A stretch of 64,000 bases of DNA from a bacterium (GCA_965219955.1 OZ244799.1:1184001-1248000); one strand, 5' to 3'. Counted from the first letter of the stretch, positions 37,973-47,762 are shown. The notes: a model not told the origin generated them from the sequence alone. Translations and numbers: made by a program.

Positions 37973-38810
37973 GAGGCACCACCCTTTGGCTACAGACGCA
38001 CCGGCGGCACCAGGCGTATCGACGAATGAGAAGGCGTTCTGGGAGCGCATCAAGGAACCCGCCATATATGTGCGCCTCATATCACTGGTGGTCGTCATCG
38101 GCGGGTGGGAGTTGATGGGGCAGACCGGCAACATCGATCCGGTCACGTTCAGCTACCCGAGCGCCATATGCGTCGCCTTCTGGGATTTGATCGCCAGCGG
38201 ACAGATGACGGCCGCCGCTTATGAGAGTTCCCAAATCCTGGTGGCGGGCCTTTTGATAGCAATACCGCTCGGCATCGTGCTGGGGATCCTCATGGGGCGC
38301 TTCCAGCTATTCGAGTACGCCGTGGACACCTACGTGTTCGCGCTCTACGCGACGCCGGTGGTCGCGCTTGCGTTCCCGATAGCCATGGTCCTGGGCGTCG
38401 ATTTCGTCGGCAAGACGACCATCGTCGTCTTCTTCGCCATCATGCCTATCATCGTGAACGTCTATCACGGCGTGCGGAACGTGGACCTCTCGCTTTTGGA
38501 AGTGACGCGCTCGTTCTGCTCCACGGAGAGCCAGCGCTGGCGGGACCTGATCTTCCCGAGCGTGGTCCCCTATCTCGTGGCGGGGCTGGGGCTCGCTTGC
38601 GGGCGCGCCCTCGTCGGGATGGTCGTCGCGGAGTTTCTGATGAGCATCTCTGGACTCGGCGCGCTGAGCCAGGACTACATCGCTGATCTGGAACTGGACA
38701 AGGGCCTCGCGCCTGTTGTCTTGTTGATGGTAGTCGGTATAGCTTTAACGAAAGTGGTGAACATCTGTGAAACGAAGTTTTCATCCTGGAGGGTTCGGCA
38801 GGAGTCCTGA
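37965..38810 (+). CDS. ABC transporter permease (NitT/TauT family)
   Basis: TM segments, GVRNVD, IFPSVVPY, MVVAEF..GLG. Confidence 0.9.
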   Translation: MNRRHHPLATDAPAAPGVSTNEKAFWERIKEPAIYVRLISLVVVIGGWELMGQTGNIDPVTFSYPSAICVAFWDLIASGQMTAAAYESSQILVAGLLIAIPLGIVLGILMGRFQLFEYAVDTYVFALYATPVVALAFPIAMVLGVDFVGKTTIVVFFAIMPIIVNVYHGVRNVDLSLLEVTRSFCSTESQRWRDLIFPSVVPYLVAGLGLACGRALVGMVVAEFLMSISGLGALSQDYIADLELDKGLAPVVLLMVVGIALTKVVNICETKFSSWRVRQES

Positions 38811-38864
38811 TTGCGGGCATCTTGCCGGGACATCAATTTTCCTTTCTATTTTAAGGAGTTTGAA

Positions 38865-39878
38865 ATGAAAAAGACGTGGATGGTATTGACCGCGGCGTTC
38901 GTTCTTGCCGCAGCGCTGTGGAGCGCGCCGGCGCAGTCCGTAGCCGCCGACAAGATCGTGCTCGGCATGCCCGTGCGTCCGCCGGTCATGGTGCACCTGC
39001 CGGTGTTCTACGCGCTCGATAACGATATCTTCAAGAAACACGGCCTCGACGTGGAGATCAAATTCTTCCGCGGCGGCGTCGCCACGCACCGGGCGATCAC
39101 GAGCAAGAAGAGCGGCCTGGACGCCGCCTGGGTGCCGGCCCCGATCGCCATGGTGGGCATCACCAAGGGCAGCGGCATGAAGTTCTTCCACTCCATGGCG
39201 TATCTCAACGAAGCGCAGATGGCCGCGAACGATCAGGTGAAAAAACCCGCCGACCTCAAGGGCAAGACCATCGGCATCGAGGGGCGCGGCGGATACAGCC
39301 ACCTGGGCGCGCTCGCCGTGCTGGCGACCGCCGGTTTGACCGACAAGGACGTGAAATACATCAAGACCCCGCCGCCGGCGCGCGTTCCGTTCCTGCTCAA
39401 GGGCAAGGCCGACGCCGTGGTCATCCACGTCGAGCAGGTTCTCGTCGTCAAGAAGAGAAAGCCCAACTTCAACAAGCTGATGGACTTGTGGAAAGCCATG
39501 CCGAACTTCTTCTACGGGGCGTTCATCGCGCCCTCATCGAAGATCAACTCGAACAAGGACGCCTACGTGCGTTTCGCCATGGCGATGATGCAGTCCAACC
39601 GCTCCATCTACAAGGACAAGGCGGGCTACCTCAAATCGGCGAACAAGTGGGTGCGTCCCGTGTACAAGAAAAACCCCGAAATCATGTCGAAGACCTACGA
39701 CGTCTTCGTGGCGGAGAAAATCTGGGGCGTGAACAACGGCATCCCCAAGGCTTCGGTCGCCTTCACGGCGGACTACATGAAGCGCCTCGGAAAGATCAAG
39801 GGCAAGGTTCCTTCGTATGAGGACATCGTCGACACCAGCGTGACGAAAGCGGCGCTCGCCAAGGCCGGCAAGATTTAG
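38865..39878 (+). CDS. ABC substrate-binding protein (NMT1/SsuA/TauA-like)
   Basis: Signal peptide, IFKKHGLDVEI, DLKGKTIG; AAGGAG RBS. Confidence 0.88.
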   Translation: MKKTWMVLTAAFVLAAALWSAPAQSVAADKIVLGMPVRPPVMVHLPVFYALDNDIFKKHGLDVEIKFFRGGVATHRAITSKKSGLDAAWVPAPIAMVGITKGSGMKFFHSMAYLNEAQMAANDQVKKPADLKGKTIGIEGRGGYSHLGALAVLATAGLTDKDVKYIKTPPPARVPFLLKGKADAVVIHVEQVLVVKKRKPNFNKLMDLWKAMPNFFYGAFIAPSSKINSNKDAYVRFAMAMMQSNRSIYKDKAGYLKSANKWVRPVYKKNPEIMSKTYDVFVAEKIWGVNNGIPKASVAFTADYMKRLGKIKGKVPSYEDIVDTSVTKAALAKAGKI

Positions 39879-39962
39879 ACGTTTCAACGCGAAAGATACG
39901 GGGCCGTCGCGCTCGCAAGGTGCGGCGGCCCTGTTCTTTGATGCCGGAAAGGGAGTATCAAC

Positions 39963-40103
39963 GTGAAGATTGTTCTGTATTCCGACATCCACGCCCGGCT
40001 TGCGCCTCCGGACGCCTCACGGCGAGCGAATCGCCAAAATGGTGCGGACCGGGGAGTTCCGGGACCCCGTCTATATGCCCCACTAGGTCGACCATGCTCG
40101 TAA
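39963..40103 (+). pseudogene. Remnant of a metallophosphoesterase N-terminus
   Basis: GGGAG RBS then (M)KIVLYSDIHA, the DxH motif I; continues as non-conserved sequence and stops after 46 codons. Confidence 0.45.
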
Positions 40104-40843
40104 CCGTTCACGGCGCGAAGCCGAGGGCGTGGAAAGAGCAGGTGAAATCCTACGTCAGAAAACGCTACGCCCATCTGGCGGAGGCCGATGCCTTCCCCGA
40201 AGGCGGGGCGGAGAGGGCGCGGGGCGCCGGCTACCCCGCCCGCTTCATCGACGGGCTTCCCGGGCGCGTTTCGGCCTCTTATTGCGGCTGTGGCTATCTG
40301 CTCGAGGGGGTCGATCTCGATGGCGTGCGGACGGCCGTGGAACTCGGATGCGGCGCGGGATTGGACGCACGCCTCGTGAGCGAGAGGTTGACGGAGGATG
40401 CCGCTCTGTTCGCGCTGGATATGGCGCCCCAGATGCTTCATCGCGCGCGCGAGGCGGTCGATGGCGTCGATGGAGGTGCGCGCCTGCATCTGCTGGCAGG
40501 CGACATGGAGAACATCCCCTTGGCTGCCGGCGTCGCCGATATCGTGCTGGCGAACGCTTCGCTCAATCTCACGGTGGATAAGCAGAAAGTGCTCGCCGAG
40601 GCGCACAGGATTCTGAGGCCGGGCGGCCGCCTCGTGGCCCGCGAGTTGATACGCGAGGGTGAACTGCCCGCCGAGATCGCACGTGACCCCCAGGCGTGGA
40701 ACGCCTCGCTCGGCGGCGTCTGCGAGGAGGCCGAATGGGAGTCCCTGCTGGCGGGCGCGGGGTTTTGCGATATCGATATTTCCGGCCACGCTCCGTTTCG
40801 TCCGGTGGTTTCGGTTCGGGTCCATGCCCGAAGGAGGTGTTGA
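40094..40843 (+). CDS. ArsM-like SAM-dependent methyltransferase
   Basis: VRKRY, SYCGCG, ELGCGAGLD, GDMENIP, EAHRILRPGG; start uncertain (40094 or 40142). Confidence 0.75.
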   Translation: MLVTVHGAKPRAWKEQVKSYVRKRYAHLAEADAFPEGGAERARGAGYPARFIDGLPGRVSASYCGCGYLLEGVDLDGVRTAVELGCGAGLDARLVSERLTEDAALFALDMAPQMLHRAREAVDGVDGGARLHLLAGDMENIPLAAGVADIVLANASLNLTVDKQKVLAEAHRILRPGGRLVARELIREGELPAEIARDPQAWNASLGGVCEEAEWESLLAGAGFCDIDISGHAPFRPVVSVRVHARRRC

Positions 40844-41204
40844 GGAAGTCCTCGCCCGACTTTCGAGATTGTTCGCCGTAGGGACAGGTCGCGACCTTGG
40901 GCCGTTCACAAGAACGGCCCACTACAATAGGCGGTGTGGTTTTGTTCGTCATTCCGGCGAAAGCCGGAATCCATTTTCGCCTTTGCCTTTTCGCCTCCTT
41001 GCTCGGACATCTTTACTTCTGGCGGGAAGGAGCCGAATCGAACACAAAAACGAAAGGCGACTTCTCTGAATTCCGCATCTGGGCGCCGCGCAACAACAAG
41101 GTCGTGGCCGCCCCGCCCGGTGAAAAGTCAAAATGGATTCCGGCTTTCGCCGGAATGACGGCAGTGGTCAATTCCGATCGACGAGGGCTTTTTCAACAAC
41201 CCCC
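40833..41204. mobile_element. MITE-like composite repeat (GTAG REP remnant plus family A palindrome)
   Basis: Left end GGAGGTGTTGAGGAAGTCC, GTAGGGACAGG at 40878, family A copy 40948-41159, right end GGGCTTTTTCAACAACCCC. Confidence 0.7.
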
Positions 41205-41242
41205 GGATAACCGGAATGGAGCCGGACGAATCGCTGGAGCCC

Positions 41243-41270
41243 TTGACTCTCGATGCGAGTCGGGTAAACT
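41243..41270 (+). promoter_or_regulatory. Sigma70-like promoter for tRNA-Gly
   Basis: TTGACT-N16-TAAACT, 14 bp upstream of the tRNA. Confidence 0.5.
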
Positions 41271-41284
41271 TTCCGGCGTTGTAA

Positions 41285-41359
41285 GCGGGAATAGCTCAGT
41301 GGTAGAGCACAACGTTGCCAACGTTGGGGTCGCGGGTTCAAATCCCGTTTCCCGCTCCA
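41285..41359 (+). tRNA. tRNA-Gly(GCC)
   Basis: Acceptor GCGGGAA/TTCCCGC, D arm GCTC-AGTGGTA-GAGC, anticodon stem CAACG/CGTTG with loop TTGCCAA, GGTTCAAATCC, encoded CCA. Confidence 0.97.
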
Positions 41360-41373
41360 CTTATCCATAACGA

Positions 41374-41405
41374 AGCGGGGGTCGCGAATGCGGTCCCCGC
41401 TATTT
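41374..41405. terminator. Hairpin between convergent tRNA and NIPSNAP gene
   Basis: AGCGGGGGTCGC-GAAT-GCGGTCCCCGCT. Confidence 0.55.
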
Positions 41406-42029
41406 CATGGGCGAATACGCCACCGGATACCAGATTTCGGAAGTCTCGCTCCGAAGATATGGTCTATAACTTTTTCCCCAGTCGGGAAGTTCCTCGGCTT
41501 GCCGTTGCACCTCGGCCCAGTGGTTCATGTCCCGGTAGGGCCAGATGTGCAGAAACTCGTTCAGGATGCCGGATTCGAACTCTCCCGCCGGGTTGGCGAA
41601 CGCAGCCGCGAGGGGTGAGAGGCGCTCCCTTTCGGGCAGGTTCTTCTCCCACGCCGCGCTGATGTCCCGCATCTTGCCGGTGATTATCACGTCGCTCCTG
41701 ATCTCGTATACGCTCCCCATCTCTCCCGCCCGAGGCCTGGGGCAAAACGGCGCCGCCCGCATGATGCGCGTCTGCTGGTAGAGGATTTTATCCACCTTAA
41801 GCGGCGGCCACCACGGCTGGGCGAGGGCTTCTGCGCGCGCTTGTTCCCGGTGGGCGGAGTTCTCGTATTCCCAGATGTGGAGAATCCGGTTCAGCCCGCC
41901 GATGGCGGAGATGAAGAACCCGATTAAAGGGGATATGGCGGTTCTTTTTTCGATAATCCTGCCGAAATCCTCGACGCCTTCCTGAGCGAATCCCGAGGGG
42001 AACGTGTACGCGCGAACTTCATAGATCAT
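41400..42029 (-). CDS. Tandem NIPSNAP-domain protein
   Basis: Two repeats of IYE.R...G.LN..LHIW.Y; C-terminal YSPMK. Confidence 0.88.
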   Translation of the reverse strand: MIYEVRAYTFPSGFAQEGVEDFGRIIEKRTAISPLIGFFISAIGGLNRILHIWEYENSAHREQARAEALAQPWWPPLKVDKILYQQTRIMRAAPFCPRPRAGEMGSVYEIRSDVIITGKMRDISAAWEKNLPERERLSPLAAAFANPAGEFESGILNEFLHIWPYRDMNHWAEVQRQAEELPDWGKSYRPYLRSETSEIWYPVAYSPMK

Positions 42030-42230
42030 TTGATATGAACTCCAGGCTGTCGATATGCAAGGTTTCCTGACAAGGAACGTCGTAAAATAACCTCACATTA
42101 CGAGTTATTGGAACATGGAAAATCAATATACTTGACGCGCACCATTCCGTGAAGCATGTTGTTTCGTTATGGACACACGCTCTTTTATATATCGAAAGCC
42201 CTGCAAGCGCTCAAGAGAGAGGGAAGCCCG

Positions 42231-42656
42231 GTGAACGACGATACCCCGCGCTGGCGATACCGATTCGAGAATTACAAGCGCGCTTTTTCCCTGCTGCGCG
42301 AGGCCATCGAAATGATGGACGAAAGAGAACCGAGCCAGCTTGAAAAGGAAGGGATCGTCCAGCGGTTTGAATATACGACCGAACTTGCCTGGAACCTCAT
42401 GAAGGACTATCTGGAGAGTGAGAATGTCGCATTTAAGCAGGTAACGCCCAGGGTCGTCATACGGAAAGCCTTCGAAACGAATCTGCTGGAGGATGGACAG
42501 ACGTGGATGGACGCACTCGATGCGCGCAACAAGATGTCGCACAACTATGACCCCAAAAGGTTCGAGGCCGTCATCGAAGAGATCAGAAAAGACTACCTTC
42601 GCGCCTTCGACGCATTGCACACCCTGTTTCTTGATAAAAGCGGGGAGCGGCCATGA
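42231..42656 (+). CDS. HEPN-domain toxin / nucleotidyltransferase substrate-binding protein (HI0074 family)
   Basis: RWRYRFENY, GIVQRFEYT.ELAW, RNKMSHNY (RX4H-X-Y). Confidence 0.88.
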   Translation: MNDDTPRWRYRFENYKRAFSLLREAIEMMDEREPSQLEKEGIVQRFEYTTELAWNLMKDYLESENVAFKQVTPRVVIRKAFETNLLEDGQTWMDALDARNKMSHNYDPKRFEAVIEEIRKDYLRAFDALHTLFLDKSGERP

Positions 42657-43000
42657 ACCACGGACTCTCGGACCGCCAACTCGCGGTTTTGAAACAAATT
42701 CTGGCGCTCTACGCCGAGGAGATCGCCTCGGTCGAACTGTTCGGGTCACGCGCCACGGGCGATTATCGCCCGAATTCGGACGTCGACCTGGTGCTGCGGG
42801 GCGGCATCAAGGAAAAGCAGATTGATCGCCTCTGGACCCTGTTTCATGAGAGCAATTTGCCGATCAGCGTGGACGTGAAGAGCTATGAACTGACGACCTA
42901 CCCGCCGCTCAAGGCGCACATGGACAAGGTCTGCAAGACCCTCTTTACCCAGCAGGACCTGAAGGAAGTGGTTCGAAAACCAGAGGCGTCGGGAGTGTAG
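42653..43000 (+). CDS. Minimal nucleotidyltransferase (MNT) antitoxin
   Basis: LFGSRATGDYRPNSDVDL; ATGA overlap with the HEPN gene. Confidence 0.88.
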   Translation: MNHGLSDRQLAVLKQILALYAEEIASVELFGSRATGDYRPNSDVDLVLRGGIKEKQIDRLWTLFHESNLPISVDVKSYELTTYPPLKAHMDKVCKTLFTQQDLKEVVRKPEASGV

Positions 43001-43068
43001 GTGAGGCGAAACCGGCGGCCTTCGCATTACCTTCATCCATAAATCATTTTCACAATCGGAGGCGGGAC

Positions 43069-43788
43069 ATGGACAGGGCGGTGTGGGCGATCATCTACGA
43101 TCTGCCCGAGGAAGGGCGGGATGAATACATGGAGTGGTTTCACGGGGTGCACATCCCCGAAAAGCTATCGCGTCCCGGCTACGTCTGGGCGGCGCACTAT
43201 GAGGTGAAACACCCTGGGAAACGTTTCGAGGAGATCGCTGCGCGCCTGAACCGCACCGACGACCCGGAGCTTGCCTCGGGTGCGGGGTTCATCGCGCTCT
43301 TCGGCGGGGTGACCACCCGCGTTTTCTACGATCCGAGTCCTGCGCAGCTGAAAGAGCGCCAGAACCAAGAGACCCGCGAAATGACGGGGATGCGGATTCA
43401 GGCGAGGGGACTCATCCTCTGCGAGGAGTGGCGGGTGGAAGGCCCGGACGCGGGGAAGAGGGAAGCCCCCGGCGTCATGGCGCCCGCGATCCAGATGGGC
43501 CGCTACGATGCGCAGGGAAACGATGAGGACCTCCAGGCCTGGTACGCCCAGGAGCGCATGGCGCGGGTCGCGGATACGCCGGGCTGCATGGGCGCGAGAA
43601 AATACCTGGTGGCCACGGCTTCGCCCAAGCATTCCGTTCTGTATGAGTACACATCTTTAGAGGCGCGCGAGGCGAACTACATCGCGCTCGAGGAGACCGA
43701 AGGGACGAAGCGCGTGCACGGCTATCTCGTCCATCCACCCGGCTCGCCCCTGGCGGCAAGCCGCATCTGGCCGCCGCAGGGTGGGTAG
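43069..43788 (+). CDS. Hypothetical two-domain protein (EthD/DUF4286-like alpha-beta barrel)
   Basis: Repeated W(F/Y)...H/R....PG...A..Y pattern; GGAGG RBS. Confidence 0.7.
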   Translation: MDRAVWAIIYDLPEEGRDEYMEWFHGVHIPEKLSRPGYVWAAHYEVKHPGKRFEEIAARLNRTDDPELASGAGFIALFGGVTTRVFYDPSPAQLKERQNQETREMTGMRIQARGLILCEEWRVEGPDAGKREAPGVMAPAIQMGRYDAQGNDEDLQAWYAQERMARVADTPGCMGARKYLVATASPKHSVLYEYTSLEAREANYIALEETEGTKRVHGYLVHPPGSPLAASRIWPPQGG

Positions 43789-44006
43789 GGTGGCGTTGCG
43801 GTCATCGCTCACCACAATTATCCCGGCCGCGAGACCTGCGTCGGCGCCAAAAGCGCTGAGCAGTGGAAGTCGTGCATCATGCATCTTAAGGAGCATCGCC
43901 TCCGGGCGGAATCAATGCTGCGGCATCATTGGCTTCAAGATGAAACGCCCGGGCCGTGACTCATCCATGAAAGACACCCCATGAACCTCTCGGGAGGCCT
44001 TTCGCC

Positions 44007-45044
44007 ATGAAGTTCCACTTGGCCATCAACATGGAACGCATGACGCCCGACTTGGACATGAGCGAAGTCGAGCGCCATACGCTGGAGATGGTGCAGATGG
44101 CCGACGAGGGTGGCTTCGCAATCGCATGGGCCGCCGAACACCATGCGTTGGAAATGACCATTGCGCCCAATCCGTTCCAGATACTGACCTGGTGGGCCGC
44201 CCACACGTCCCGCATCCGGCTCGGCTCGGCGGTGGTCGTGGCGGCGTACTGGCATCCGCTCAAGGCCGCGGGCGAGGCTGCGCTGCTGGATCTATACAGC
44301 GGCGGGCGTCTCGAGTTCGGCATCGGCTCCGGCGCTTACCAGCGCGAGTTCGACCGTATGCATCCCGGCTTGCAGCGCAACGATGGATTCCGGTACATGT
44401 TCGAGATGCTGCCGGTGGTGAAGGCGCTATGGCAGGGCGACTACGAGCACGAGGGCGAGTTCTGGTCCTTTCCGGCGGCGGCTTCTGTGCCGAAGCCGCT
44501 GCAGAAACCCCACCCGCCGATCTGGATTGCGGCGCGTTCGCCGGACACCTACGACTTTGCGGTGAAGCACGGGTGCAACATCCTCTCCTGGCCCCTGACC
44601 CGCCCTATGTCGGAGGTCGAGCTCTACATGGGGCGCCTTGAGACAGCGCTCGCCGGGAACCCCGGCAAGCCGCGGCCGATATTCGCCACCATGCGGCACA
44701 CGGTGGTTTACGACCGCAAAGAGGATTGGGAGATTCCGGTGAAGGCCGCGATACGCCAGTTCGGTCAGTTCGAAAACCTGTTCAAGAATCTCGGAGACGT
44801 TGCCGACGGTTTTCCCCGGACGGTCGACCTGTCGGAGTTGGAAAACCGGGATGAGTATGATCCGAAAATGCTCCATCGCAACCTGCTGTTCGGCACCCCG
44901 GAAGAGGTGACCGAGAAGCTCAAGGCCTACGAAGCGCTCGGCGTCGACCACTTCACGTACTACGCGAGCCTGGGCCTCGGAATGAAGGAGCAGAAGCGGT
45001 CGCTGGAACTGTTCATCAAGGAAGTGATGCCGGCGTTCGCGTGA
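44007..45044 (+). CDS. LLM-class flavin-dependent monooxygenase, TgnB-like
   Basis: NMER, EHHALEMTIAPNPF, WHPLKAAGEAA, GAYQREFDRM, LWQGDYEHEGEFW, EVMPAF. Confidence 0.8.
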   Translation: MKFHLAINMERMTPDLDMSEVERHTLEMVQMADEGGFAIAWAAEHHALEMTIAPNPFQILTWWAAHTSRIRLGSAVVVAAYWHPLKAAGEAALLDLYSGGRLEFGIGSGAYQREFDRMHPGLQRNDGFRYMFEMLPVVKALWQGDYEHEGEFWSFPAAASVPKPLQKPHPPIWIAARSPDTYDFAVKHGCNILSWPLTRPMSEVELYMGRLETALAGNPGKPRPIFATMRHTVVYDRKEDWEIPVKAAIRQFGQFENLFKNLGDVADGFPRTVDLSELENRDEYDPKMLHRNLLFGTPEEVTEKLKAYEALGVDHFTYYASLGLGMKEQKRSLELFIKEVMPAFA

Positions 45045-45081
45045 TGAAGCGAACGCACACTATCTCCCATGGAGCGCAGGT

Positions 45082-45882
45082 TTGAATCGTACTGAAAGCG
45101 GGAGCGAAACGGCCTGGGAACTGCATGGAAGCGGGCCGACGATAGTCCTGGTTCACGGCTTCGGGCTGAGCCGCGCGATGTGGCAATGGCAACTCCCGGC
45201 GCTCACGCCGCATTTCAGCGTACTGACCTACGATCTGCTCGGACATGGGGAGAGCGCGCCGCCTGCGGGCGCGCCCGACCTCGCCATGTTCTCCAGGCAA
45301 CTGCTCGGGCTCATGGACCGATGCGGCATCGAGCGAGCTGCCGTTGTCGGGTTCTCGCTCGGCGGCATGATTGCGCGCCGTTTCGCGCTGGATCATCCAG
45401 GTCGGCTCTCTGCGCTCGCAATACTGCATTCGCCGCACGATCGCAGCCCCGCCGAACGAGAGGCAGTCCGTGAGCGCGTGCTTCAGACACAATTGCACGG
45501 ACCTTCGGCGAACGTGGACTCCGCCCTCGAGCGCTGGTTCACGCCGGAGTGCCGCTCCCGGGCGCCGGAACTGATCGACCAGGTCCGCAGATGGATCACG
45601 CGAAACGACCCGGCAGTCTATTCGCGGATATACCGGGTGCTCGCCGAGGGTGACGCAGAGATCGTTCAGGGTCTGGAGCGGATCGGCTGCCCGACACTCG
45701 TCATGACGGGCGAGGACGATCCGGGGAATACGCCCGCCATGGCGAGGGGCATGGCCGAACTCATTCCCGGAGCCCGTCTCGTCGTACTGCCCGGACTCAG
45801 GCATATGGCGCTCGCCGAATCGCCGCCGTCGGTCAACGAGCCGCTATGCGCGTTCCTTCGCGACGCACCAGGGACGGTGTGA
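45082..45882 (+). CDS. Alpha/beta hydrolase (PcaD/TgnD-like)
   Basis: VHG, YDLLGHG, GFSLGG nucleophile, GEDD, LRHM. Confidence 0.85.
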   Translation: MNRTESGSETAWELHGSGPTIVLVHGFGLSRAMWQWQLPALTPHFSVLTYDLLGHGESAPPAGAPDLAMFSRQLLGLMDRCGIERAAVVGFSLGGMIARRFALDHPGRLSALAILHSPHDRSPAEREAVRERVLQTQLHGPSANVDSALERWFTPECRSRAPELIDQVRRWITRNDPAVYSRIYRVLAEGDAEIVQGLERIGCPTLVMTGEDDPGNTPAMARGMAELIPGARLVVLPGLRHMALAESPPSVNEPLCAFLRDAPGTV

Positions 45883-46066
45883 CCGGGAAAGCAATCGTCT
45901 GTTTGCTTGTGATCGAGCTATTATCTTGTCTGAACGTGACGCCCCACACCTTTCGATGAATTCGAGGAGATTCTCTGTCGCAGACCCTCCTGGCGGTGCT
46001 GTCGCTGGTTTTCATGTCGATATTCCGCCAGTGCGCCTCTGCATGGGCCTGGACATCCTCTTTTGA

Positions 46067-46310
46067 GGGATTGTTGAAAAACCAATTTCGCACGGAATTC
46101 CCCACCACCGGCGCGGCGACAGGCTTCACGGAACCGTAGACGCCCTTATCCCGGGTAGGCGCGTAAGCGCCGTATCGAAGGATGGGGGCCACATCTCTCC
46201 GGCGAGCACGAATTTCGCCCTTCGATACGCGGCTTCGCCGCTACTCAGGGTGAGGCGGAGCGGCGGGCCGCGCGGGACAAGGAGGAGGATTGCGCGCCTG
46301 CTCGGGATGA
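46067..46310. mobile_element. Partial MITE-like element with family C palindromes
   Basis: GGGATTGTTGAAAAACC left end; doublet 46143-46182 / 46218-46255; GCGCGCCTGCTCGGGATGAG shared with 7258-7277. Confidence 0.65.
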
Positions 46311-46413
46311 GTGTAGTGTGTTGTCTCGGGTCGAACCAACCCCGCTTCATTGAGGTATTCTCGTCCGCTTTCCGCTATAATCCCCATAAATCCACGTATC
46401 GGAGACTGCGCGC

Positions 46414-47259
46414 ATGATGGGAAAAACAGCCGGAATCTGGATGCTCGTTTTCATCCTGCTGGCGGCGGCTCTTACGGAAACGGCCCACGCCGCCTCTGCC
46501 CCGAAGATGGGCAAGGGCAGGTACGCAGGGATGGTGCTCATCCCCGCCGGCCCTTTCACTATGGGCAGAAACGACGGCCCCGATGAGGAAAAGCCCGCGC
46601 ACCGCGTGTTTCTACCCTCCTATTACATAGACCGGAACTTGGTGACGTGGGCGGATTACCTGCCCTTCATCCAGGCGAAAGGCCCCACCGGGCCTCAAGG
46701 AGAGATGTATTTGGATACGGATGATGCCGATACCAAGATCGTCCCCCAAGGCGACACCTGGGTCGTCGAGAAGGGATTTGAAAAATTCCCGGCGAGCGAG
46801 ATGGCCTGGGCGGGTGCTCTGGCCTACTGCCGCTGGAAGAGGAAGAAGCTGCCCACCGAAGCGCAATGGGAAAAGGCCGCGCGCGGAGCCGACGGCCGCC
46901 TCTATCCGTGGGGCAACCAGAAGCCTTCGGCGGAATATCTGCTCCTGGGGGATTTCAGGGGCCAGACGGCGGTCGTGGGCAGCTACCCCAGGGGCGCGAG
47001 CCCATACGGCGTGAACGACATGGCGGGGCAGGTCTGGGAGTGGACGGCCTCGCTGGCGGTGCCCTATCCCTACAAGCCCAAGGACGGGCGTGAGAACCTG
47101 GGCGCGGTGGATGCGCGCGTGGTGCGCGGTGGCAACTCGGCGAGCCTGCCCGAAGGCATGACGGCCACGAACCGCGAAGTCGTGATGCCCGGCAGGCAGG
47201 CGACGGGACACGGCTACCTCGGCTTCCGCTGCGCCGCCCAGCCGCCCCATTCGACTTGA
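46414..47259 (+). CDS. Secreted formylglycine-generating-enzyme (SUMF1/FGE-sulfatase) domain protein
   Basis: Signal peptide, IPAGPFTMG, LPTEAQWEKAARG, YPWGN, DMAGQVWEW, RGG, GFRC. Confidence 0.88.
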   Translation: MMGKTAGIWMLVFILLAAALTETAHAASAPKMGKGRYAGMVLIPAGPFTMGRNDGPDEEKPAHRVFLPSYYIDRNLVTWADYLPFIQAKGPTGPQGEMYLDTDDADTKIVPQGDTWVVEKGFEKFPASEMAWAGALAYCRWKRKKLPTEAQWEKAARGADGRLYPWGNQKPSAEYLLLGDFRGQTAVVGSYPRGASPYGVNDMAGQVWEWTASLAVPYPYKPKDGRENLGAVDARVVRGGNSASLPEGMTATNREVVMPGRQATGHGYLGFRCAAQPPHST

Positions 47260-47762
47260 TGGGCGCATCTTGGTGAAATTCCGCCAAAACCAGAACGAAG
47301 CAATTCGGTTCTAATGAATTAAAGAGCGTACCTTGGGCATAGAGGAACATTGGTTCGCGAGACGCCCCCGCCGAAAGCCCGGCGACCTTGAAAAAATGCT
47401 CCCCAAAATTGCGGTCAAGTTCTACAAGGTTTAATCATATGGCAATGTAAGGTTATGATGAAGTAATTCGTACCCTAGACTCACATGGAACGATTTCCCG
47501 TCAAGCGAGGGTGATGGGGAACAAAATCCGCATTTGTCAACACGCACGCCTCCCAAGAACAATTTTACTCCGGTTACAAACCCCAGAAACAGGCGAAGCA
47601 AGCGCGTATGTGCGCCCATGAGGACGATAGTCCTTGGACCGCCCGCTAACGAGTGCGGCTGCGTCTTCGCGAGGAGGGCAGCGTGGAAAGGCAGGTACAT
47701 GACGTCGACTGCAATAGCGATACGTCACGAAGAGTTTTTTGGTTCAGATAAGGGGAACTGAC

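Noticed and set aside
43790-43990. Possible regulator C-terminal remnant (HLKEHRLRAESML) upstream of the LLM gene
   Set aside because: Too short and degenerate to support without a search.
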